From Batkoa obscura (Eukaryota), in NCBI GenBank assembly GCA_030770535.1, contig JASVEC010000017.1, positions 1,052,158 through 1,072,157 of the forward strand: DNA of 20,000 nt, given 5' to 3'. Each line of letters begins with the position of its first letter. Position 1 is the stretch's first letter. Below are positions 1 to 10,234 of the stretch, one piece after another. The position numbers and the translations under genes are program-made. A model generated the notes under the pieces. The model saw only the letters and a program-made list of their open reading frames with translations. It made no database searches and had not been told where the DNA came from.

Positions 1-311
1 CTTTCATACTTTTTAAAAATTATATTTATTTGCCCATTATTGACAGTTGAGTTATTAACTCTGCTATGTTCACAGATAAAAATCTCAAATTTTGAAATTA
101 ATTGATCAATATCTTCTATTTTACCTAATGCTTCAAAACTATTTTTCCACTTTGAAAGATTTCCAAAATGTCCATCAACTATACTTTTTCCATGATGCTC
201 AGCAAAAAAATTAAGATCAATATTTAAACTACTATTTATTTTATAAATTTCTTCAAATACATAATGTAAAAACTCTTGAGATTTAAAATGATATCATGTA
301 TCTGCCCATAT
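1..311 (-). repeat. Inverted duplicate of the transposase interior (matches 2032-2342), running off the left edge of the window
   Basis: By eye, 1-311 is the exact reverse complement of 2032-2342, including the same TGA. It stops at ATAT directly against the left TIR. Confidence 0.95.
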
Positions 312-333
312 GGGGGTGTCCGAATTGGTTTCA
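312..333 (+). repeat. Left terminal inverted repeat (22 bp)
   Basis: Exact reverse complement of 3151-3172. A subterminal motif ATCCAA(A/T)TTTTAA is also present at both ends (352-364, and inverted at 3131-3143). Confidence 0.95.
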
Positions 334-924
334 GAGTTTAACTAGAAATTAATCCAAATTTTAAGTTTTTAAATTTGTAAGTCTTTAATGTATGATCAGC
401 TAAATTTAAAAAGCTTAAAACTAAATATAAAAATTTAACTTAAAGACTTATTTTATTTATTTGATTATATGTTTGTGAAAGTTAGTACTCAATAATTGGA
501 GTTAGAGGCAGTTCTAGCTTAGTTAACTGGCCGTAAGTCAAAAGGCCTTAGTTTATGTAGCTAAGATAGACTTAAATCAATAGGAGTAATACGCAATAAG
601 CTACGAACTATGTAAAATAAATAGAATACAGGATACTACTGTAAAATCTACATAATATATTGTCAGAAAGATTTAGTGGCTTTATTAAAAGTAAAATATT
701 AGGGAACAATTCAATTAAAAAGCCCTGAGCTATTATATTGAAGGATCTATTTTATACTCAGCTAGTTTTGTAAACAAGTTGAGTGATTATTATGCGATAA
801 CCAATCATAGAGCTGATGAAACGATATTTCACAGTGTTTTGTATTTTTTATTAAATATTCAATAGCTATATAATATATAATTATATAGTTATTTGACTTT
901 ATTTTTTATTAAAATAAAAACAAA

Positions 925-2628
925 ATGCAAGCTTTTATAACTAAACTTCGAAATGGAGTTTCTGAAAACTTTAATACGGTAGGGAGAAGCACATTATATG
1001 AACATTGTAATTCATTTACATCAATTTTAGCAACTATTCACAATAGCCCAAACTTTATGGAATTTTATAATAAAACAAAAAAAAGAAAAGAAATATTATT
1101 AAATTTTACTATTAATAATAACAAACTTAATCGAGCAATGTATAAAATTAGTGCTTTAAAGGAAACAGGGAATAAAAATCAACAAGTAGCATTATTATCG
1201 ACTATAGCTTCAGTATATTCTTTTGATGAATGTAAAAGTTTTGGATTTAATATAAGTAAAAATCAATATGATTATTCAAAAATAATTATTAATAATAAAA
1301 TACCAACGTTAAGATCTACTATCAAAAATACAAAAAAAATTAAAGATGAGCAAATCGAGATTATTATACAATATTTACTTGATAATTCAACTATTTCATC
1401 AAGATTTAGTAAAAAAAATAATGATAAATATTCGTCAGATAATATATATATATTAAATAAAAGTAGAAGAATGATATACAGTAAGTATTTTAATGATTTA
1501 AAAGATAAAGCAGTAGCTAGGTCAACAATTTTCAAATATATACCAAATAATTTTAAAGATCCAGCAAGAAAAACAGATTTATGTAATATATGTGCCCAGT
1601 ATACAGTTAGAAAAAAGTTATTTGAAAATAAAATAAATACAGCGACAGAAAATAAAGCAGAGATACAGGAATCTTTTAATAAAGAAAAAAGGATATATAA
1701 ATTACATGAATTTTGTGTTGATACTCAAAAAAACATATTTAATGAAACTATTGAAAAACTAAATAATAAAAGTTGTATAATAATTCTAGACTTTAAACAA
1801 AATATGGAAATAGGAACAAGGCTGGATCCAATAAATTTAGATCATTATAATAAACAAGCTATATCAGTATTAGGGTTTAGCGTTTTGTATTTAAAAAACG
1901 ATAAAACAATAGGCAAAGTTTATTTTGATTATTTGTTTGAAATATTAAATCATGATTCAGCATATGCAGGAGACTGTTTAATTAATTTAATATCTAAAGA
2001 GCCTTTGTTTAAAAAGTTTACAAAAATTAATATATGGGCAGATACATGATATCATTTTAAATCTCAAGAGTTTTTACATTATGTATTTGAAGAAATTTAT
2101 AAAATAAATAGTAGTTTAAATATTGATCTTAATTTTTTTGCTGAGCATCATGGAAAAAGTATAGTTGATGGACATTTTGGAAATCTTTCAAAGTGGAAAA
2201 ATAGTTTTGAAGCATTAGGTAAAATAGAAGATATTGATCAATTAATTTCAAAATTTGAGATTTTTATCTGTGAACATAGCAGAGTTAATAACTCAACTGT
2301 CAATAATGGGCAAATAAATATAATTTTTAAAAAGTATGAAAGAAACAAAGATATAAAAAAAATAATAAAAATAAAAGGTATTAAAAAGTATTTACATTTT
2401 ATTAAACGTGGTAATAAACTACAATGTTATCCAGTATTTGATAGATCAAAAAAAAGCGATATAATTACAATTAAAGTTATAAAGCCTACAGAGGATAGAA
2501 AAATTAAAAGATCAACCCCAGCTTATCTTACAAAAATAACTGAAAATTTAAAAGTTTCGATATTTAGTAAGCAAGTAAGTAGTTTATTAGATGATAGAAA
2601 TCAATTATTAAATGTTGATATTACTTAG
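925..2628 (+). pseudogene. Sola2-like DDD transposase, 567 codons, with a single in-frame TGA at 2047-2049
   Basis: The 374-aa ORF continues in frame past the TGA (WADT*YHFKSQEFLHYVF...FFAEHHGKSIVDGHFGNLSKW...NVDIT) to TAG at 2626-2628. Motifs: CNIC followed by a downstream His, ILDFKQN (D289), WAD (D373) and HGKSxxDGHFG (D415), resembling the DFxEN / xD / HGKxxxDG pattern of Sola2 transposases. Confidence 0.85.
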
Positions 2629-3150
2629 ATTAATAATAGCTAAGTTAATAAATAGTTAAAGAGCAAGTAGTTGCAATAATAAGTAAAAACTATTATTATA
2701 CTGCTTGTATTACATAGGGATGGTTAATTATAGTTTTGGGGCTAACCACTCCTTCCCATGCAGCTATTTATTAACTTAGCGATATATTGATAATGCAATT
2801 ATAACATTAAAATTGTTTATTTGTTTATTTGATAGTAAATATGCAGTGTTGGCTATAAAGCAGTTAATAATAAATATTTCTTAATAAAGTTATATAAAAG
2901 TATATATTTATTTACATATTACATATTACAACTTTAATTACTATCACTATATAGGCTATATTGATAAAAGCCTTGCTAATTCAGGGATTTATATTAAATT
3001 TGATAGAAATTCCGCTAACTTACAATATAAATTATAATAAAATAATTTAAAACTGTATCGGGTACTTTTGACTTTTAATAAAGAATTTATTTTTATATAA
3101 TTTTAAGCAAAGTTTTCAAAATATAAATATTTAAAAATTGGATAAAAAAA

Positions 3151-3172
3151 TGAAACCAATTCGGACACCCCC
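3151..3172 (-). repeat. Right terminal inverted repeat (22 bp)
   Basis: Exact reverse complement of 312-333, followed by ATAT. Confidence 0.95.
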
Positions 3173-3402
3173 ATATATAAAAATGGCCATACTTTCAAAT
3201 GTATTTTTTCATTTATTTAATTGGCTTTTTTTTTACAGTTTTAGTTTTTCCTTAAATTTTCTGACCTCTCCTTGTATTATACCAACTTAAATATCTTAAA
3301 CTGGTTCGAAAGTTCAATGTTCCTTAAAGCAAAGTTGTAAGAGATATTTTAAATAGGCATGGAATCAAATGGTATATATAAATAAAATAGTGTAAAAAAT
3401 AT

Positions 3403-3500
3403 GAGGATGTGTTTTTTTGTTTAAGAATTTTACTGACAATCTTTCTGCTTAAATAGCACTTAAAAAGTGGAAAAAGTGATGAAATCAAAAAAACATCCTC
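3403..3500 (-). mobile_element. ~98-bp MITE, copy 1
   Basis: Ends GAGGATGTGTTTTTTT and AAAAAAACATCCTC; flanks ATAT and ATAG. Its reverse complement aligns end to end with 5195-5291 and 16388-16485 (about 85% identity to copy 2 by manual count). Confidence 0.85.
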
Positions 3501-4093
3501 ATAGTCATTTAAGTTACCTTAAACTAATTTGAACTAGTATTATTTTCCTTAGTGATATTTAATTAAAAACTACTATTAAATTATAAAAGCAAAGTGTGGA
3601 TCTGGTTTATTAAGGATATATTTGACTATTGATATTTTTCAAGGCTCTGATCTCTAATTTTGAAAATAATAAGAGGCTCAGATTAGTAGCATTTATAAGT
3701 TTTATTAACGATAAGCACCTTTACCAGTAAATCAATTTAAAAGGCCAGTTACCACTATTAACGTTTAGCTAAAAGTGAAATAGAGATAGGGCGACTTATT
3801 GAGCTCATAATTTGATAGCTTCTAGTATCAATGTCAAGCCTTCAAAAAGTTCCCTTTGTAAAATTTTAATCGGGAGAATAATGGTAATTATATATTTTAG
3901 AAATTCTTGAAAAAAGTCAAAACTCCATTATGATTATATGTATATCACTTTTAAATAGTAATTCCATAATCTGAAATACGATTTATTTGTAGAGCTTATA
4001 TTTTACAGTGTGAGTTTAATCTATATGTAAAGTTTAATTGTTATAATCAAGAATTAAAATTCCAATGGAGCGATAATATTGATATGGATATGA

Positions 4094-4822
4094 TTATATG
4101 TTTTGAGTATAAGAGGCTTCATAAAGTAGGTTATTGATAGAAGAGGTAGGGCTTTGAGTATAGGTATTTGGCATATAATCAAAACAATCTGGAAAAATTA
4201 CAGAAGTCAAACTATCCAAAGAGTAGATTTGATTTAAATTATAATCATATAAAGAGAAATCCAAATTAGAGCCATTCATAATGCTTAAATTCAAATTGTT
4301 TTCAGGGAATGAATATGAATCTAAATAGAGAGTATTTGAGGTGTTACTTAATAATGTAAAATCTGCTTCCTTGTTTTTATTAATCTTTAATTTAAACTTC
4401 CTTAAAAATCTCTTGATCCATTTTGAATCGATATCAGAACTACTCGACTTTAGATTATCAGCAATCTCCTTGGCCTTGTTAGCAACACACTTTGAAGTTA
4501 TATTTGATTTAATCAAGTTAACGCTACTCAATTCAATGTTCTGGCCTTCTGTACACCACAAGTATAACAGATTCTCCAATTTCTCGTCTTGATTTTTTTT
4601 AAAACATTTACGAGGGTCATATTCTAATATTTCATGGTTTAATATTTCATCCTTCCTTAATATTATTTTAGTGATCGTGCTCCTCGCAACATTAAACTTT
4701 TCAGCCAGACTCTTATGAGTTAATCCGCTTTCTGCTAGTTCCGCTATGGTTTTTTTCGTATGAACATTTAAAACATTACGGTGCTTTCTCACTTTTCTTT
4801 GAATCAACTTGTTTGATCTCAT
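4094..4822 (-). CDS. CENP-B/pogo(Tigger)-type HTH DNA-binding protein, paralog A (242 aa), no DDE domain
   Basis: N-terminal Psq-like HTH (RKHRNVLNVHTKKTIAELAESGLTHKSLAEKFNVARSTITKII), then a second CENP-B-type HTH (LENLLYLWC...KAKEIA...KWIKRFLRKF), then an N/S/Y/D-rich tail. The first ATG is at 4822; the track start at 4846 is TTG. Confidence 0.85.
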   Translation of the reverse strand: MRSNKLIQRKVRKHRNVLNVHTKKTIAELAESGLTHKSLAEKFNVARSTITKIILRKDEILNHEILEYDPRKCFKKNQDEKLENLLYLWCTEGQNIELSSVNLIKSNITSKCVANKAKEIADNLKSSSSDIDSKWIKRFLRKFKLKINKNKEADFTLLSNTSNTLYLDSYSFPENNLNLSIMNGSNLDFSLYDYNLNQIYSLDSLTSVIFPDCFDYMPNTYTQSPTSSINNLLYEASYTQNI

Positions 4823-5194
4823 TATTGGTTTTAAAATAAAATCCAAGCTTTGTAAGGTATTTATATATCAATTTTTTCATTAATACATGTGCTTTATTTG
4901 TATTTTTTTTTAAAACACACTAGATTTACAATTTGTCAATTTTGTATCATACTACCTAAATGTTTCCATCAAACTTCTATTAAAAAATTTAAATTATCAA
5001 GAATTATCAAAATTTAGACCAATTACATAGCAAGCAAATGATATTAAGTAGCTATTATATATTAATACTGCAGGTTAATGTACATATACTTCTTTTTTAA
5101 TTTCTGAAAGCGCAATATAATTAAATTGACATTATTTAGGCAAATAAATTCTAAATTATAAAAAGGTAATTCTATAGTATATTCAACAACATAT

Positions 5195-5291
5195 AGGGAT
5201 GTTTTTTTGGCTTTATCACTTTTTCCATTTTTTAAGCGCTATTTGAGCGGAAAGATTGTTAGTAGAATTCTAAACAAAAAAATACATCACC
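5195..5291 (+). mobile_element. ~98-bp MITE, copy 2
   Basis: AGGGATGTTTTTTT...AAAAAAATACATCACC, flanked by ATAT (5191-5194) and ATAT (5292-5295). Confidence 0.88.
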
Positions 5292-8200
5292 ATATAGTGG
5301 GCGGCGTATTTTTGAATCATTTTTAACTTTAACTTCTATTTAGAAAATTCGACTGAAAACGCAATAAACTAGTAATAATATTGTTAAATCTTATACTTAA
5401 CAATAATATAAATCAAGAATTTAGTTTAATAATTTAATATTTCCAAAATGATTAGTTGGTACTTCTAAAGTAGAATTTCTAAAATAGCGGGTTTATTGAA
5501 AAACATCAATTTTTTGATTTTAATTATATTATATATTCAACAAAATATATAAACATTATCGTAGCTTGATTAATTATAATGACTATTAGTGTAACTATAA
5601 TTGACTAACATTTTCTTAAAGTTTGAATATTATTAAAATAAATTAGTAGTATTAGCTACTTAAATCTATTTTTGAAATTTTAATTTGTTTCCATATTATT
5701 ACAAAACCATATACTATGATTTTCCATCATGGGTTATTTCGCTGACTTAGCAAAATTTTATGTGGTTCCAATGTTTTTGATTGGTGTAACCAAAATAGTT
5801 CCTTATGAAAGAACTTGAAATAAACTTTATTTAAGTCTAAGTTAGGTTTGTAAGTAAACCAATCATATGAATCCATAACTATTAGCCGCAATAATTAGCT
5901 ATTATGATATTTATACATTATCACTATTGACTATTTATTAAGCATTTACTACTTTTAGTCAAAACAGGATAAACCCGTCATATTCTGCATTTTGAGCACA
6001 ATCATTTATCTTATTGAGATACATTCTAAATATAGTAAATTACATAATCTTTTAAAAATAAGAACTAGAAATTTAAGGTTTTGATTTTAAATATATGAAG
6101 ACAATTAATTGAATGAAATAATTCCTAATATTATATAATAATGAATTGGAATATATTTGATTTGAATGTTATTAAAAGTCCTTTAAAAATAGCCAAAAGA
6201 TTAGTGAATTAATGCTATAATAAAAGACCAATAATAACAAAAGCTTTTTAAATAAGACTATTTTTTCAAGGTTATATCGTAATTTAATTAAAAACAGTAA
6301 CGAAAATCACTTGTAACAATATTAAAATAACAACTCTATTTTATAAGTAAAGACGTATTTTGTTTACAAATTTAAAAATGCCATACATGTTCAACTCTGA
6401 CTAATAGTTGAAGTATTTAACAATCAAAAAACCTAATGGTAAAAATCCAAAGGATACATCATTTATACTAAATAGCCAACTTTTCTAACATCTTTCTTCC
6501 AGATATCTTTTAAGTTGACGTAAGTTCTGGACTTTGATTTTTTAGAAAAAAAGTATTTTAAACTTGAAAAGGCCGCTCTTATGAATTATATATAACCGTA
6601 AAACTATTTGTATTCAAAATACTTAAACTATGCTACTGCTTAGGTTTATTATTATACATTGCTTGATATTAAATATTATGCGTCATAGTTTATATATAAT
6701 TATAATTTCAAATTTTTGGAAATTGATTAAAATGATTTTCTCAAAGAAAATAAGAACCTTTCGAGGCTAGAGATTTTTACAAGTGTGCCCGGAAATAAAG
6801 TAATAAAGGCTTAAATGTCGGATACATTTGACTGTAAGCAAACATGGTGAAAATGACTAAGCATATACGACTATATGCATACATGGCCTATTTCAGAATA
6901 CCCATCAGTTTATTATAAAGAGTTTATATGAGGTCATGGTTGCATTTCAAAAGCAATTGTTATTGGACTATTAAAATGATATAAAACTAATAACTTATGA
7001 TGCTAATTTTATTGCAACAATAGACATAATGCTGATACAAAAAAAAACTATATTGTATCTCTCTAGCTTGAAGGCTTTTAAGCGATATATATTCAATAAA
7101 ACTTAAACGTTGACTTTACTATTAGTTCAAGTGCTAACATTTATAACTTTAAATAAAAAATAGAAATATCCGTTTTTAAGTTCTTGATAAAATGCCAATT
7201 AATCAAATAATTAGTTTTCATTTTGAATGACTTTTAATAACTTCTATCGTTTATCACCATCTAAATGTTGTTCTTGATTTTTACATAAATTGAGCAGCAA
7301 AGTTCAATATTTATTAATATAAACAATTAGAGCGGGCGAACTATCGCGCAATTATGATGTTAATACATTACTATATTTGGTTTTTTTAACATATTGGTAT
7401 ATTTATTAAAATAATAATTAAACAATCTTCCAATTAATTAGACAAATATTTGGATCCAAATCTATTTAAAAGCTAATTCTATTTACAATAATAACACATT
7501 TATTTTAGTTATAATTTTTATTTTAGAAGCGGTTTTTATAAATGAACAATAGCTTGGGGGCATACGATAGTTTCTATAGCCGTTTTGATACAACGTCTTC
7601 AATGATATATATACAGTTGTTTTATGAGTGGATGTTTTTAATAAAGTAAATCAAATTTTTAAGAATGACTAACCATTAATAACACTAATAAAGTACTTAA
7701 GGGTTCATACTCTTTCAAGGTTTTATTCCTTTTTTAAGCTTAAACTTTAAATAACTGTTGGTTAAACTCTTAATCGAAAAAAACAATAAAAACCATAGTC
7801 AAGGTGCCATGTTTATAAATCATACTGGGCCCTAATTTATTTATTGATACAAAGAATAAACAAAAAGTATCTAAGTTTAAATTTTTATTGTGTTTACCTT
7901 TATAAATATAACTGATAATCAAGTTCAATAACATAATTGTAATAATTAGTAGATGTTAAACTTAAGTGATGTTTCTAACTAAGTTCTATCAGGATATACC
8001 TTGTTTATCTTATACCAAATAGAGACAAAGGTTTACATAGCTGCATGCTTCATAAAAATGATATAAGGTGTTAAATTTCAATTTCTTTATTGTAATCCGT
8101 TTTTGCTTTATTACTAAAATTAAAATCAGCTTATTAGGCTACTTCTTTAATTGCAATTCTTTAAAATAACATTAATATTTTAAAACCATATCATAGGGCT

Positions 8201-9559
8201 TGTAAATATTGTTTTCCATTTAAATTAAACAAGACTTATCTACAAAGATAGATTTTGTGCTGTTTATAATCAGATAAATTTCAATCTAAATTCAGATTGA
8301 AATTTTATTTCGAACAAAAGGCAAATATACAAACATATGCATCGGTTAAAATATGTATGTGATTCTTAATGTACCAAAAGTAGGATAAATTGTAGTACAA
8401 AGTTACCTGTCCTAAGAGTTTTATACAATTTATTTTATGACCATTATAAACATATGGAGTTCACTTATTTAATATAGAATCTGCTAGGCAAGTTTCATAG
8501 AAAGAATACAGAAGTATAAATTGATTGACAATTTACCTCAAAGCTTCACGAACTCCAATAGATCGCTAATGTAATAAATTTTTCGCTAAACTTTTAATAA
8601 TATGAAGCGTAAGGCAAAATGGATATTTGATACCTTCTTGTTAATAACATAAACTAAATTTATTAATATACCATTTAGGGCAATTTTCGTTGATCTAAAT
8701 TTTATACTTTGTTTGATTACAAGTTATTAGTAGTTAAATAATCTTTTGATTTTATTTATATGTTTGCAAACTGGTAGGCTTTGTATAAGAATCAATATTA
8801 GAAAATAAGATACTAAATAAATGGTTTAAACTGCTACTAAATTTGTGTCGTTATTTTGGAATTAATTTATTTAGCAATTACAATTAATGATGTAATAGAT
8901 TAGCTATTCATAAACTTGCGCTAGTGTAGAAGTTTAATATATTCAATATTAATTTTACGGATAGTAAAGTTAAACAATAAATATTTAAACTGTGAATTAA
9001 TGGTTGGCTAATTAATATAAAGTGTTTTTTTAGTTATAGCTGAATACCTAAATTATAACAAATTCTAGCAATTTAATAGGTATTTAATACAGAACCCCGA
9101 ATATAATATAGCTTAATAGATCCATTGAACAAAAAATAGCCTTTTCATGTATATAATAATTATTAACAAGTGTTAGATTTAGATAAAAAATTAGTGCTCA
9201 AAATACACCTTGAAGGTATCTATTAAATTTAGTAAGCTCACAGAATGCATATAATTGAATTATAATAAATTTGGTAATTTTAAAAATAAATCCATCTAAT
9301 AGCAGTTTAATATATTTTCAAATTCTATTCATTTCAAAATTCTTATTATAATATCATTTATTTAAATAAAAAAATGCAATTAATACAATGCTTAAAGCAA
9401 TCGTTCTTTAAAATTGAAAGTAATAAAGTGATATCTATAGTTAAATATATGACTATTCATTTTATAATAACTAAACTATTATGAAAACGTCAACATGAAG
9501 CTATTTGTTGGCTATAAAATAAAAACAAACATAAACCTTTAACACAAACATGAAGTATT

Positions 9560-10234
9560 ATGAACTCAGAAAATTACAACATATCAAGAAAAAAGAGAAA
9601 GGTCTTAAATATACATATTAAAAAAGAAATGGTAAAGCTAGCAGAAGAAGGAGCAAGTCATAAGGATTTAGCTGAAATGTATGATGTCGGAAGGAGTACG
9701 GTTACTAAAATATTACTAAGGAAAGATGAGATATTGAATCATGAAATATTAGAAAACGATCCACGTAAATGCTTCAGAAAAAATAAAGACGAGAAATTGG
9801 AATCTATGTTATACATTTGGTGTACAGAAGGCCAAAATATTGATTTTGGTAATTTTAGCTTTGTTAGAGAAAATATAGAAATTACTGATATAACATCTAA
9901 AGCTATTTCTCTCGCTAATGAGCTAAATATCAAATTAGACTACGACCTCAATTGGGCAAAGAAATTTTTAAGAAAGTTTAAGCTTAAGTTAAAGAAGCAT
10001 AATAAAAATTCGGAACTCGTTGTTGGAAGTAACGTACCTGAAAACTTCAACCTGAACTTAGAAACGTCCGTTTCGTGCGTTAACATTGTTAATTATTTTG
10101 GTACTTATGAAAACTTCTATAATTATAGCTATGAAACTCAAACCAACATTTATTCGGAATACAACCCTATGTATGAAAACAATTTGGATGTTTGTTATCA
10201 AAACCCTTATATTTATACACGTACTTCAAAATAA
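9560..10234 (+). CDS. CENP-B/pogo(Tigger)-type HTH DNA-binding protein, paralog B (224 aa), no DDE domain
   Basis: Same two-HTH architecture. It shares ILRKDEILNHEILExDPRKCF and WCTEGQNI with paralog A and has a Y/N/E-rich tail. Confidence 0.88.
   Translation: MNSENYNISRKKRKVLNIHIKKEMVKLAEEGASHKDLAEMYDVGRSTVTKILLRKDEILNHEILENDPRKCFRKNKDEKLESMLYIWCTEGQNIDFGNFSFVRENIEITDITSKAISLANELNIKLDYDLNWAKKFLRKFKLKLKKHNKNSELVVGSNVPENFNLNLETSVSCVNIVNYFGTYENFYNYSYETQTNIYSEYNPMYENNLDVCYQNPYIYTRTSK

Larger units (their letters stand above)
312..3172 (+). mobile_element. TIR DNA transposon, Sola-like (Sola2-type transposase), 2,861 bp, full length with a nonsense-interrupted transposase
   Basis: Perfect 22-bp TIRs GGGGGTGTCCGAATTGGTTTCA (312-333) and TGAAACCAATTCGGACACCCCC (3151-3172). 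ATAT lies on both sides (308-311, 3173-3176). The element encloses one long transposase frame. A 4-bp TSD and 5'-GRG ends fit the Sola superfamily. Confidence 0.9.

Noticed and set aside
524..561. Resemblance to LSU rRNA helix 69 (GGCCGTAAC...GGTCCTAAGGTAGC)
   Set aside because: The match is short and gapped, with no flanking rRNA similarity.
813..822. CTGATGA hammerhead-ribozyme core
   Set aside because: No separate GAAA strand or stem II/III in a compatible position. The bases fit a simple hairpin instead.
810..840. Resemblance to group II intron domain V (GAGC..AUG..CAC)
   Set aside because: The stem lengths and loop do not match canonical D5, and there is no GUGYG start or domain VI. 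Kept only as part of the generic structured block.
1272..1535. 87-aa minus-strand ORF
   Set aside because: Antisense shadow of the transposase.
2047..2049. Alternative genetic code with UGA = Trp
   Set aside because: Only one such codon is seen, and the conserved Trp residues in the intact genes use TGG.
2590..2780. SECIS element explaining the in-frame TGA
   Set aside because: The 3' stems show no AUGA/GA kink-turn quartet, and the position looks like a Gly rather than a Cys site.
4341..4592. 83-aa plus-strand ORF (likewise 9739-9933 minus)
   Set aside because: Antisense shadows of the HTH genes.
6778..6802. Tc1/mariner-like terminus (TACAAGTGTGCCCGGAAATAAAGT)
   Set aside because: No inverted partner was found in the window.
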